DNA from: Bdellovibrionota bacterium
Lineage (GTDB): Bacteria; Bdellovibrionota; UBA2428
Direction: 5' to 3'
NCBI GenBank assembly: GCA_964202055.1
Contig: CAXNGS010000005.1
Location: forward strand, 14,978 to 78,977
DNA: 64,000 nt
This document shows, in pieces, positions 28,255-38,289 of the stretch (position 1 is the stretch's first letter; each line of letters opens with the position of its first letter). The notes below the pieces were generated by a model. That model ran no database searches. It was not told the origin of the DNA and saw only the letters and a list, made by a program, of their open reading frames with translations. A program made the position numbers and the translations under genes.

Positions 28255-31200
28255 ATGTCTTCGAAAGCAAAAGATCCTGGCAAACATTTTCCCGAATACG
28301 GCAGCGACTATAATTTCCCGGCTTTTGAAGAAACGATTTTAAAATATTGGCGCGAAAACCGCACTTTTGAAGAAAGCACCAAAGCCACTCCCGAACGATC
28401 TAAAGAATTTTTGTTTTACGACGGCCCGCCCTTTGCGACGGGATTGCCTCACTACGGACATATTTTGGCAGGCACCATCAAAGACATCGTGCCCCGATAT
28501 TGGACCATGCGCGGATACCGCATCCCCCGAAGATTCGGCTGGGATTGTCACGGTTTGCCGGTTGAATTTGAAATGGAAAAGAGCCTGAACCTAAACGGCT
28601 CGCTCGACATCATCGATTACGGCGTCGGGAAATTTAACGAAGCCTGTCGTGGAATTGTTTTGCGCTACACTTCTGAATGGAAAAAATCGGTCGAGAGAAT
28701 GGGCCGTTGGATCGACATGGAAAACGACTACAAAACCATGGATCCAAATTTCATGGAATCGGTTTGGTGGATTTTTAAACAGCTCTGGGAAAAGGGCTTG
28801 GTCTATCAAGGCAAAAAAGTTGTGCCTTATTCTTGGCGCTTAACCGCCGCGCTTTCGAACTTTGAAGCTTCGCAAAATTACAAAGACGTTCAAGATCCTG
28901 CGATCACTGTTTTACTGCCGATTAAAAATGGCAGCGGTGATTTAAAAGGTGCGGCACTCGCCATTTGGACGACGACTCCTTGGACACTTCCGTCAAACCT
29001 TGCAGTCGCGATTCACAAAGACCCAACCCAAGTAAGCTACGGACTTTTTGAACTAACCACCCCAGTCGGATCGATCACCCGCGTGATTTTATCGACCGCG
29101 CGAGCCGAAACGTACGGACTGTCGAACCCCATCAAAACTTTTAAAAATTCCGAACTGATCGGCATGCACTACGAACCTTTGTTCAAATCCTTCGACGATG
29201 AAGAACGTGCCAAACAAAAAGCATTTAGGGTTTTAGACGGCAGCACCTTCGTCAGTGCAACCGACGGTACCGGTATCGTTCACATGGCTCCGGCCTTTGG
29301 CGAAGACGATTATTACACCTGTCGCGAAGCGGGCATCGACGTGGTCGACCCAACCGACTCGGAAGCCAAATACACCAAAGCCATTGCCAAGGATCCTGTG
29401 CTTGCTGATTTGGTCGGATTGCCGGTTGTGACCGAAACCAAAAGCCGTTCGGAAGTCGACACCAAAATCATCAAACTTTTAAAAGGTCGCGGCCAAATTT
29501 TAAAAGAAGAAACTTTGCAGCACGCTTATCCCTTCTGCGAACGCTCAGACACTCCGCTTATTTATAAAGCGATTTCAAGTTGGTTCGTAAAAGTTGAAGA
29601 CATCAAATCCAAGATGTCCGCCAATAACCAAAAGATTCACTGGGTTCCCGACCACATCAAAGACGGCCGATTCGGTAAATGGCTCGAGAACGCTCGTGAT
29701 TGGTGCATTTCGCGCAATCGATTTTGGGGCACTCCGATTCCGGTTTGGCTTTGCAGCCAATGCGACCATCGCCAAGTAATGGGAAGCTGTGAAGAACTCA
29801 ACAAATTTGCCGGAAACAAAGTTCCCGATTTGCACAAACATTTTGTCGACGAAATCACCGGCGACTGTCCGAAATGTAATTCTAAAAAATCGATGAAACG
29901 AACTCCCGAGGTTTTGGATTGCTGGTTCGAAAGCGGATCGATGCCGTATGCCCAAAATCATTACCCCTTCGAGGGCCGCGAAAGCTTTGAGAAATCTTTT
30001 CCTGCCGACTTCATCGCTGAAGGACTCGATCAAACACGTGGGTGGTTTTACACTCTGACCGTTTTATCCACGGCGCTATTTGATCAGCCCGCCTTTAAAA
30101 ATTGCATCGTGAACGGGATGGTTCTCGCTGAAGACGGTAAAAAAATGTCTAAGCGTTTAAAAAATTATCCTGATCCCAATGAAATCTTCAGCAAATACGG
30201 CGCGGATGCGCTTCGATTGTACTTGATGCAATCACCCGCGATGCACGCCGAAGAGTTACGATTCAGCGAAAAAGGACTGATCGAACTCATGCGTGCCGTG
30301 ATGCTGCCGCTTTGGAATTCTTATTCATTCTTTGCTTCTTACGCCAACATCGACCAGTGGAAACCGCGCACCGGCGCCGAGCAACAATCAACTGGATTAA
30401 CACTCAGCCTGATGGACAAATGGATTTTGGCGCGCGCGCGCGAAGCTGAATTTAAAGTTCACAAGGAAATGGAAGCTTATCAACTTAGTTCGGTCTCTCC
30501 GATTTTGATCGGACTCATCGATGACTTGACCAATTGGTACATTCGTTTAAACCGCGATCGTTTTTGGAAAGGCTCTGATTCACAAAGCGCCGGCGACAAA
30601 GCAGCGGCTTATGCAACTCTCTTTGATGTCTTGAGCACTTTGTCGCGACTGCTGGCGCCGGGAACTCCGTTCATTGCCGAAAGCATCAGCGCTGCTCTTC
30701 ACGGCGTCTCCGTTAGCGACTTGGCTACTAATAAGAATTTGCAAAGCGTTCATTTAGGTTTTTTCACCGAAAAACAGCGCACGCCACTAAGTGCTGCTGA
30801 GCAAACTTTAATCGATGAAATGTCGCTCGCTAAAAATGTAATTTTGCTTGGACGCAGTTTGCGCGGAGAAGCCAAAATCGGACTTCGCCAACCACTGAAG
30901 TCACTGCGAGTAGCGGGTTTATCCAAAGCTCAACGCGCCAATCTCGACGTCGTACAATCCTTAATTTGCGATGAAGTGAATGTGAAGGCTCTAAACTTGG
31001 CAGAGAAAGCTTCAGAGCTGGTTGAAGAAAGCGTGAAGCCAAACTTTAAAGTGCTGGGCAAAAAAGTCGGCGGGAAAATGAAAGAAATTCAATCGCTGCT
31101 TTTGAAGTGGGGCGCTGCTGAAATTTCTGAGTTCGAAAGCAAAGGCCAAGCCACAGTCATGGGATTCACTCTCGACAGTTCCGACGTCGAAATCGTTCGC

Positions 31201-31548
31201 AAAGCCCGACCCGGAAAATTTGCACAGGCCGGCGGCGGAATCGTCGCCGAACTCGACACCGAATTAACTCCGGAATTATTGTTCGAAGGCGCGAAACGAG
31301 AAATCGTCAACCGCATTCAACAACGTCGCAAAGAAATGAATCTCCATTTGGCTGATCGAATTGAAATTAAATTTTCAGCGGAATCAGGAAGTTTGGCTGA
31401 AAAGGCTTTGACCGAAGAATCTAAGATTGAAGGCATCATCCGCCGTGAAACTCTTTGTGTGCAAGTTGCTTCCGCTAAAGTCGCTACAGAAGAAATCGAC
31501 TTAGGATCTTCCGGTAAATTTGCGTTTGAGATCACTGTAAAAAAATAG
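28255..31548 (+). CDS. ileS: Isoleucine--tRNA ligase (appears type 2, eukaryote-like)
   Basis: HIGH reads PHYGHIL and KMSKS reads KMSKRLKNYPDP. GWDCHGLPVE and the lack of a C-terminal CxxC zinc finger favour type 2. Confidence 0.95.
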   Translation: MSSKAKDPGKHFPEYGSDYNFPAFEETILKYWRENRTFEESTKATPERSKEFLFYDGPPFATGLPHYGHILAGTIKDIVPRYWTMRGYRIPRRFGWDCHGLPVEFEMEKSLNLNGSLDIIDYGVGKFNEACRGIVLRYTSEWKKSVERMGRWIDMENDYKTMDPNFMESVWWIFKQLWEKGLVYQGKKVVPYSWRLTAALSNFEASQNYKDVQDPAITVLLPIKNGSGDLKGAALAIWTTTPWTLPSNLAVAIHKDPTQVSYGLFELTTPVGSITRVILSTARAETYGLSNPIKTFKNSELIGMHYEPLFKSFDDEERAKQKAFRVLDGSTFVSATDGTGIVHMAPAFGEDDYYTCREAGIDVVDPTDSEAKYTKAIAKDPVLADLVGLPVVTETKSRSEVDTKIIKLLKGRGQILKEETLQHAYPFCERSDTPLIYKAISSWFVKVEDIKSKMSANNQKIHWVPDHIKDGRFGKWLENARDWCISRNRFWGTPIPVWLCSQCDHRQVMGSCEELNKFAGNKVPDLHKHFVDEITGDCPKCNSKKSMKRTPEVLDCWFESGSMPYAQNHYPFEGRESFEKSFPADFIAEGLDQTRGWFYTLTVLSTALFDQPAFKNCIVNGMVLAEDGKKMSKRLKNYPDPNEIFSKYGADALRLYLMQSPAMHAEELRFSEKGLIELMRAVMLPLWNSYSFFASYANIDQWKPRTGAEQQSTGLTLSLMDKWILARAREAEFKVHKEMEAYQLSSVSPILIGLIDDLTNWYIRLNRDRFWKGSDSQSAGDKAAAYATLFDVLSTLSRLLAPGTPFIAESISAALHGVSVSDLATNKNLQSVHLGFFTEKQRTPLSAAEQTLIDEMSLAKNVILLGRSLRGEAKIGLRQPLKSLRVAGLSKAQRANLDVVQSLICDEVNVKALNLAEKASELVEESVKPNFKVLGKKVGGKMKEIQSLLLKWGAAEISEFESKGQATVMGFTLDSSDVEIVRKARPGKFAQAGGGIVAELDTELTPELLFEGAKREIVNRIQQRRKEMNLHLADRIEIKFSAESGSLAEKALTEESKIEGIIRRETLCVQVASAKVATEEIDLGSSGKFAFEITVKK

Positions 31549-32259
31549 CTAGTTCGGATCCATGATCACTAACTTCAGCTCTTCGGTCACCAATACATTG
31601 GGAGTTTTCAGCATGATCGAACATTCGTTCATGCCCCCAAATCGAAAGTCAGCATAGTTCATAACAAAATAATCTTGTTTACCGGTGCCTCCTTCTTCGT
31701 ATTCCCAAGCAATGCCCGGGATCCGACCATTCTCCAGAGGCGGCGGTAATTCACCTTTTATCAACTGCTGAAGTCGAAGTTTTAAAAGGCTGTAACGATC
31801 TCGCAATAATTTTTTTGTAGCGTCGCTAATTTTGGGATCTTTTAAAGCTAAATCTAAATCCAGAGCCCGCACATCCGGAAACTTCATTTGCAGGTTCCCA
31901 ACTTTTTCCCCTTCAACAATTTCCAAAAAATCGAGTCCAAGCCTTTTCTGAATCGCCTTCCAAACTGACAGCGCCGCGTGATCTTGGTCTCGAACATGGG
32001 CTAAAAAATAATTCTTAAGAATAAAAGGCTTTGAATCAGCCCCCATTGCTCGATAAACTTTTGAGGTCCCGCCTTCGCCCAAGAAGGCGAGGTTTTCACC
32101 TTTCAAAACAGCGGGCGCGCCAGAGACCACCGGCCAAAGAGACCCATCTACCGTTAAAGATTGCTGACAAGAATAGGCCCCGGCTGCACTTAAAAAGATC
32201 AGCAGTCCTAATGCTTTGCACCCCGCAAACATGGAGAGAGTTATAACACACAGCGTCAA
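31549..32259 (-). CDS. Secreted hypothetical protein
   Basis: It has an N-terminal signal peptide, and its stop abuts the ileS stop (convergent, zero spacer). Confidence 0.5.
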   Translation of the reverse strand: MTLCVITLSMFAGCKALGLLIFLSAAGAYSCQQSLTVDGSLWPVVSGAPAVLKGENLAFLGEGGTSKVYRAMGADSKPFILKNYFLAHVRDQDHAALSVWKAIQKRLGLDFLEIVEGEKVGNLQMKFPDVRALDLDLALKDPKISDATKKLLRDRYSLLKLRLQQLIKGELPPPLENGRIPGIAWEYEEGGTGKQDYFVMNYADFRFGGMNECSIMLKTPNVLVTEELKLVIMDPN

Positions 32260-32280
32260 TATTTTCGAGAAAGAAAAACC

Positions 32281-32838
32281 CTACAAAACGGCCTTAGTGC
32301 TCTCTTCAATGATGAGCTGATCGGTATCGTAACCTAATGATTTTGCATACGATATCCACTCTTCAAAGACTGCTTTGGGAAGGTTTGGCTCCCGCGCCAA
32401 AAGCCAAAGATATTTATGGTCAGGGGTCCCAACCAATGAAATTTGATAATTTTTGTCGAGTTTCAAAACCCAATAATCACCGTCAGCAATGTAAGGAAGC
32501 CACCAAACAAAGCGAACCTTTAATCGTGAATTTGTTTTCTCATCAACAATCCATGCCCGACCAGTTGCTTGAGATTCTTTGGCAACATCACCCTTCATTT
32601 TCATACAGCGATTTTCAACGCGGATATCCCCGTCGTCGCGCAACGAATAATTTGCGGTGGTTGAAAAACAACCCTTTTGGGCAAACATAGGAAGCCGCGC
32701 GATCTCGTGCCAAGTACCTAAATATCGGCCTAACTCAACAAACGGAACAGTGGGAGGAGGACTACCCTTAGATAAGGCTGAAGCTGAAACCAGAATATTC
32801 AAACTTCCAAAGAAGAAGGTCACCATTATTTTTTTCAT
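32281..32838 (-). CDS. blc: Bacterial lipocalin Blc
   Basis: Motifs RYLGTWHEIARLP and KYLWLLAREP are lipocalin SCR1/SCR3 signatures. A signal peptide is present. Confidence 0.85.
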   Translation of the reverse strand: MKKIMVTFFFGSLNILVSASALSKGSPPPTVPFVELGRYLGTWHEIARLPMFAQKGCFSTTANYSLRDDGDIRVENRCMKMKGDVAKESQATGRAWIVDEKTNSRLKVRFVWWLPYIADGDYWVLKLDKNYQISLVGTPDHKYLWLLAREPNLPKAVFEEWISYAKSLGYDTDQLIIEESTKAVL

Positions 32839-33698
32839 TGAAACAAATACCCAATCTGAAATTCAAAAAACTTTGGCGACAAGCCATCGTAAACTCCGAC
32901 CTTCGGCACAAATATCCAATTGTTGTAATAAACCCGCCACGCCATTCCCAAAGACCAGAAAAAATTGGTGGCCGAAGTAGTCGTTCCATCCGAAACCAAA
33001 GTCTGGCGCGAAAGTGAATAGCCCAAGGTCATTTCTAAACCCGCCGAATAGGGAGTGTCCGGCAAATCATAATATCCGCCTAGATAAATTGGCAGCGCAT
33101 AGATCCGCTTGCCTTCAGTAGTTGTGTCCACCCCAGAATCCGAGAGTGACCAACCGTAAGCGCCAAAACCCAAGCCCGCACCCAGATAAAGTCGATACAA
33201 GCCATCAACCCATTCCTTGCCACCCGCCAGATAAATTAAATTAGTTGCGGTGGTTTGCTTAACTGATGACGAAATGCGATCGGTTCGGCGAATGTATAAG
33301 TAGGAAACCCATGCCAAGGGATAATCTAATTTTTTATTGCGGGCCGCCTCGACCGGATCTTCGACATAAGGAGTCTCGCCATGAAAACACGTGCGCTTGG
33401 CCACAAAAAGAAATGGGCTTTGTTTTTTAAGTTGGAAAAAAATGATGTCGGGTTCGCGGGGATTCACCACCCCGATCACGATTTTTCCAGAATCAATTTT
33501 TCCAGAAAAATCCGACCATACGCCACTACGACCGCGAACCTTGTAATCACAAGGCTTAACTCCAACCGTGAATTCTTGAGGATCGCTGCCGCTCCAAACG
33601 CCTTGATCGTTACCTTCCCAACCAAAGTTCCACTCAGTTCCCGCAAACGAGGCCGAGGCTCCCAATAAACCAAGCAGCGCGCATCGTCGTATCGTCAT
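32835..33698 (-). CDS. Secreted/outer-membrane hypothetical protein
   Basis: It has a signal peptide, is Gly/Tyr-rich, and ends FEFQIGYLFQ. Confidence 0.5.
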   Translation of the reverse strand: MTIRRCALLGLLGASASFAGTEWNFGWEGNDQGVWSGSDPQEFTVGVKPCDYKVRGRSGVWSDFSGKIDSGKIVIGVVNPREPDIIFFQLKKQSPFLFVAKRTCFHGETPYVEDPVEAARNKKLDYPLAWVSYLYIRRTDRISSSVKQTTATNLIYLAGGKEWVDGLYRLYLGAGLGFGAYGWSLSDSGVDTTTEGKRIYALPIYLGGYYDLPDTPYSAGLEMTLGYSLSRQTLVSDGTTTSATNFFWSLGMAWRVYYNNWIFVPKVGVYDGLSPKFFEFQIGYLFQ

Positions 33699-33723
33699 AA
33701 AATCAGTTTACCATCGTTCATTT

Positions 33724-35850
33724 CTACTTAAAGCCCGCAGGACAAATTTCTGGATTTGAACCCTCGCGAAAAAGTTCGAAAATATATCCGCGCTTTTCGT
33801 GTTCAAAAGGCTCCGGCGCGGGTGTGGTTTTTGCATAGACCACTGAAAATTCACGGATGATTTTTTCTTCCAAAGATTCTTCGACCAAACATCGCTCCGG
33901 ATGATGCAAAGCTCGCCATTCCATTTTTGGAGGCAGCGGCCAACTCCACGAATTGCCCGAGAAATATGAGCTGCCCTTTAAAAGATTTCGCACCATGGGC
34001 ATCGCGCCGGTTGCTCCGGTCAATCCGGTTTCCAAATTGTCGTCACGACCAACCCATGACAACACAATGAGTGATGGGCTTAAAAGCGCATACCAAGAAT
34101 CGCGACCATCGGAACTGGTTCCGGTTTTTCCGGCCCAAGACTGAGTCTGAGTGATTTCGCTGCCCAATGCTTTTGAAGTTCCGCGACGAAGGGCGCCCTC
34201 TAAGGCCGCGATGCTCAGCCGCGCTCCGGCTTGACCAAAGCCCGCCGCCCCATTTTCATGGCCAGAATTTTCCGGCAGAATTTCAGCATTGGCTTCGCCG
34301 AGCTTTTCTTCATTTTTGGTTTTTTCAAAACTCAGCCGACAATCCAAGTCGGCAACGTCACGAGCAAGCCCCAAACCTTGGCGCACGAATTTAGTGTAAG
34401 CCAACAAAACCGACCAAGGACTTTGCTCGATCGTCCCCAATATCGATGACGGCAGCGCGCGATCCGCGGGAGTTTGCAATCCAAGGGCTCGCAAGGGATC
34501 AAATAAATTCCAAAGCAATCCGCCCGGTTCGCGTTCGTAAAATATTTTTACAATTGGAACATTGAGCGACTGCTCCAACACATCGCGAACCGTCACCATC
34601 CCTCGAAATTTTTTATCGTAGTTTTGCGGAGCCCACGATCCGCGACCCTTGTCATAGCTCCATTTGAAGGGCGCATCTTCCACGCGAGAAGCTAAAGTCA
34701 ATTTTGGGTCATGCTCTAAAAGTTGCGAAAGCAAAAGCGGTTTAATCAAGGAACCGATCGGTCGCTGAATCTGTCGAATGTGATCAAGTTGTGACACCCG
34801 ATAATCAGTGCCCCCATGATAAATCTTAATCGTGCAATCTCGCGGATCGCTGCCCACCAGAACCGCCTGCTGTTCGGGTTCCCAAGAGCGAGAATCTTCT
34901 AGTAAAATTTTCTCAGCTCTTTCTTGCAAATCTAAATCCAAAGCCAAATGAACATCGAAATTTCCCTGCAAAACCTCGGCCTCGGATCTTTCTTCAATGA
35001 TTTGGCTTTTAACGGCGTTCATTAAATAAGCGGCGCGAATCGTTGCGGCATAACTAGAAGGACCGGGCAAAGCGGCTTTCTCGGCTTCTTCCGCTTCTTC
35101 TTGGAGAATTAAATTGTTTTCCAAAAGCGCGCGGATCGCCCGGTTTCTTCGCTGGACGGCGCGTTCGGGACTGCGCCAAGGATTGTAGAGTCCCGGGCTA
35201 TTAATGATCGCGGCTAATAGCGCCGCCTCTGGCAATTTCAAATCAGCAACTGGTTTGCTGAAATAATATTCAGCAGCCCGGCCCACTCCATGAATCTGCA
35301 CGGGACCCAGTTGGCCCAAATAAATTTCATTTATATAAGCTTCCAAGATTTCATCCTTGGAATATCGGCGCTCCAAAATGGCCGACAAAATCAGCTCGGT
35401 TAATTTGCGACGCAAAGTTTTATCTTTTGTTAAAAAAACGTTTTTAACTAACTGTTGAGTGATGGTGCTTCCGCCCTGGGCATAGCGTAGATTTCGAAAG
35501 TTCTGATAAAAAGCTCGTAAAATTCCCCACACATCAAAACCTTGGTGGGATAAAAATCTGGGGTCTTCTAAAACCACAATGGCTTGAACTAAAAGCGGCG
35601 GCACATCCCCCAACTTCATGGGCTGTCTTTCTTCCATCCGACCAGCCGTGAAAGAGCCAATCCACTTCGAAGACCCGTCGGCCGCATCGACTAAAACTCG
35701 AACTGATGCGCGCTGACTGTTCTCGGTCATGCGCGGCTCGATGAGCGGCGACCACTTTTGATCAACCTGCCAAACAAAAAGTGCAATGACTGCAAACCCC
35801 GACAAAGTGGCCCCTAAAAAAATCAAAAGTAGGAATTTCAGGGACTTCAC
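33724..35850 (-). CDS. Class A penicillin-binding protein (bifunctional GT51 transglycosylase / transpeptidase)
   Basis: The N-terminal TM anchor is followed by GT51 motifs VLEDPRFLSHQGFD and GGSTITQQLVKN, and transpeptidase motifs SLIKP (SxxK) and KTGTS. Confidence 0.9.
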   Translation of the reverse strand: MKSLKFLLLIFLGATLSGFAVIALFVWQVDQKWSPLIEPRMTENSQRASVRVLVDAADGSSKWIGSFTAGRMEERQPMKLGDVPPLLVQAIVVLEDPRFLSHQGFDVWGILRAFYQNFRNLRYAQGGSTITQQLVKNVFLTKDKTLRRKLTELILSAILERRYSKDEILEAYINEIYLGQLGPVQIHGVGRAAEYYFSKPVADLKLPEAALLAAIINSPGLYNPWRSPERAVQRRNRAIRALLENNLILQEEAEEAEKAALPGPSSYAATIRAAYLMNAVKSQIIEERSEAEVLQGNFDVHLALDLDLQERAEKILLEDSRSWEPEQQAVLVGSDPRDCTIKIYHGGTDYRVSQLDHIRQIQRPIGSLIKPLLLSQLLEHDPKLTLASRVEDAPFKWSYDKGRGSWAPQNYDKKFRGMVTVRDVLEQSLNVPIVKIFYEREPGGLLWNLFDPLRALGLQTPADRALPSSILGTIEQSPWSVLLAYTKFVRQGLGLARDVADLDCRLSFEKTKNEEKLGEANAEILPENSGHENGAAGFGQAGARLSIAALEGALRRGTSKALGSEITQTQSWAGKTGTSSDGRDSWYALLSPSLIVLSWVGRDDNLETGLTGATGAMPMVRNLLKGSSYFSGNSWSWPLPPKMEWRALHHPERCLVEESLEEKIIREFSVVYAKTTPAPEPFEHEKRGYIFELFREGSNPEICPAGFK

Positions 35851-36016
35851 AAATTCCTGATTTTATTGCAAGAATTCTTCATTGGAAAGGCAACAACTGA
35901 CACGATGCCGCAGGCATACCATAGGTGACAATATATGGTCATTGACTTTATTTTGGGCGGATTCTAGCTTCAGTTTCAGTTGAGCAGGTCAAAAGCCCTC
36001 AGCGAAAGAGCTCGAT

Positions 36017-36058
36017 GAACATCGTGCGAATCCTTCTCCCCCGATTCGCACGATGTTT
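36017..36058. promoter_or_regulatory. 15-bp perfect inverted repeat (gaacatcgtgcgaatc ... gattcgcacgatgtt) with 10-nt C-rich spacer, about 130 bp upstream of the OMP gene
   Basis: The repeat is read directly. No U-tract follows it, so a terminator is unlikely. Confidence 0.4.
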
Positions 36059-36186
36059 GTCGAGGCAATTAAAAACACACAAAATCAGCTTCGATATAAG
36101 CAGCAAATATAAGCATCAAAGAAACACTCCAAAAGCAAGATGGCCACGTTCAAGGATCAGGAAAAACAAGGTAGGATACCGCCGCT

Positions 36187-37488
36187 ATGAACAAGCATTT
36201 TTACAAAAATAAGAACACTCAAAAAACATCTTTAAAACTTTTAACTCCAATTTTTGGATTGCTTGCACTTTCCAGCACCAGCCAAGCCGCAACATTCGAC
36301 TTAAGTGGTGACTACCGCTTCGGCACTAATATGTATCAAAACCTGGGATTTGCCGGGGGCAGCGATAACCTAAACTTCTGGGAGCATCGTTTCCGATTAA
36401 ATCCCGACGTTTTGATCGATCAGCATTTCAAATTTCGTTCACAGATGATTTTTTTGGGAACTACCAATGGAGCAACGAGCGAAGCGCTTCCCTCTCAAAT
36501 GGGCACCGCGATTGACGGTGGCTTAACTGCCAATTCCGGCAAGCAATCTCTCTTATTGCAACACGCTTATTTGGAATGGGCTTCTGACTGGGGCCTTTTA
36601 CGAGTCGGCCGAGTCCCGAAAGCGTGGGGACTGGGCGCACTTTATCGCCAACCCGACACTTTCCTAAGCGACTACGGCAGCTTTTCCGATCGCATCGACT
36701 TCAAGGCCATGCTTGGAAACTTGGGACTGACCATTGGATTTGAAAAACGAAACGAAGGCGATCTACGCCGCGATTCCGACGACTCTGATGCCTACATATT
36801 ATCGATGGACTATTCCAATCCTGAATCAGGTTTGGCCTCGGGAATCCTTTATGAGCGCGTTGTGACCGGAGCTTCGGCCCCAACCACTCTGCGCAATTCT
36901 TCTCACGATCTTTCGATCTTCGCCAAAAAGACCTGGGGCACTTTCAGCCTGGGTAGCGAATTCGCGATGCTGTCTGAACAAGGCATCGACCCACGCACCG
37001 GAGTCCTTCTTCAAGCGAACGAAGAAGGTTCGGGCCTGAGATTCGGAGCTGATTTTGCCTATGCAACATCGAGCTCTAATTCCACCTTCATATTCAACCC
37101 AAACTATCGCCCGTTGATGTTGCTCTTCCGCCAAACCTTGGGACCCGCATCTTCAGCCGCAGTTCGTGGCGCCGGTGGACAAGGGGTTGGCTCAGACATA
37201 ACCGGCACCAATGGTGGCGGCGCATATTTGGCCAAAGCCCACTTGGCTCACCAGTTTAAAAACAGCTCATTCCAACTGGGCGGACAACTTGGCTGGGCGG
37301 CTTTAACTAACGCTGCATCCAACGGAGAAACCGGACTCGGAATCGAAGCCGATATTTCACTTGTCCAAAAATGGTACGACAATTTCAAAGTTTACTATGC
37401 CGGCGCTCTTTTAATCCCTGGCGACGCTTGGGGCAGCAATCCCAAAACTGCTTGGGGCTTAGAACTTAAGGGAGTCATTGAATTTTAA
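36187..37488 (+). CDS. Outer-membrane beta-barrel protein, hypothetical
   Basis: It has a signal peptide (LLALSSTSQAATF), Gly/aromatic-rich strands, and a C-terminal ...ELKGVIEF (terminal F). Confidence 0.65.
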   Translation: MNKHFYKNKNTQKTSLKLLTPIFGLLALSSTSQAATFDLSGDYRFGTNMYQNLGFAGGSDNLNFWEHRFRLNPDVLIDQHFKFRSQMIFLGTTNGATSEALPSQMGTAIDGGLTANSGKQSLLLQHAYLEWASDWGLLRVGRVPKAWGLGALYRQPDTFLSDYGSFSDRIDFKAMLGNLGLTIGFEKRNEGDLRRDSDDSDAYILSMDYSNPESGLASGILYERVVTGASAPTTLRNSSHDLSIFAKKTWGTFSLGSEFAMLSEQGIDPRTGVLLQANEEGSGLRFGADFAYATSSSNSTFIFNPNYRPLMLLFRQTLGPASSAAVRGAGGQGVGSDITGTNGGGAYLAKAHLAHQFKNSSFQLGGQLGWAALTNAASNGETGLGIEADISLVQKWYDNFKVYYAGALLIPGDAWGSNPKTAWGLELKGVIEF

Positions 37489-37589
37489 AATAGTTTCTGC
37501 GTCGTTGTAGAGTAAGCACTCATCAAGATTTTCATCTGAGATTTACAACGAGAACAACAACACGACTCTACGGAGCGCGACGCAGAAGG

Positions 37590-37625
37590 CCCGGGGCCCT
37601 TTCGGGGGTCCCGGGATCTTCTCTT
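37590..37625 (+). terminator. Intrinsic terminator after the OMP gene
   Basis: A GC-rich stem of about 10 bp (cccggggccc / gggggtcccggg) with a UUUC loop is followed by atcttctctttcc. Confidence 0.5.
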
Positions 37626-37641
37626 TCCATAAAAAATTCAG

Positions 37642-38289
37642 ATGAGAAAAAAATTGAATCAACCAGCGCTAACCAGCAAGCCTCCAAGGATTGTGTCGAT
37701 GCTTGCCTTGGTTTTTGCGCTGGGATTTGCAATGCGCAGTTTGGTGGGCCTGGCTCCCGACAGCTTTGCGGGTCCATCAAAACCCACTGACTTCTCTGAG
37801 ATTTGGCTCTCTGGACTTTCCTTCCTTGATCATGAAGGCCGCCGTAGTGAATATTTAACTCTTCGAAGCGAGCTGCTTAAAGACCCAAGCCAGGCATCCC
37901 GAGTGTATCGATCTTTGATTGAAGTTGAGTTTGAGCGAAAAAATCGCGGGGACTTAATGAATTTAATTTATGAAATTGAGAGAGCCCTGTGCACCCACAA
38001 ATTTGCTCACCATTGCCAGGACTTTATCGAGTTGTGGCGTAACGGAATTTCCAAACTTTTTATCTTTGAGTCCTCGCCCCAGAAACTTTTTGCCGCTCGG
38101 CAATTTCTGCTAGCTGGAAATTGCCGAGAAGCGTCTTCTGTTCTAAATGAAATAGAGAGGGTCGAGGGACGGTGCATCCCGCTTATAGAGGCCTTAATTG
38201 AACTTAAACGCTGTGAAAAAAACTCGACCGCTATTGAAGCGCTGAGCTTAGAGATCGAACAATTGAGGGGATTAATTCGTGCCAATTAG
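37642..38289 (+). CDS. Hypothetical secreted protein (helical/TPR-like)
   Basis: It has a signal peptide and overlaps the next gene by 11 nt. Confidence 0.5.
   Translation: MRKKLNQPALTSKPPRIVSMLALVFALGFAMRSLVGLAPDSFAGPSKPTDFSEIWLSGLSFLDHEGRRSEYLTLRSELLKDPSQASRVYRSLIEVEFERKNRGDLMNLIYEIERALCTHKFAHHCQDFIELWRNGISKLFIFESSPQKLFAARQFLLAGNCREASSVLNEIERVEGRCIPLIEALIELKRCEKNSTAIEALSLEIEQLRGLIRAN

Noticed and set aside
31549-32259. Possible protein-kinase-like motifs (GEGGTSKVY ... FILK ... DLALKDPK ... DFRFGG) in the secreted 236-aa protein
   Set aside because: The order superficially resembles G-loop/VAIK/HRD/DFG. However, the spacing between the elements is wrong, and the protein is too short for a kinase fold. 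The catalytic Asp/Asn context is absent, so this is probably coincidental.
36015-36212. 65-aa highly basic ORF spanning the 15-bp inverted repeat
   Set aside because: Its composition is driven by the palindrome and A-rich promoter sequence, it has no ribosome-binding site, and it overlaps the start of the OMP gene.
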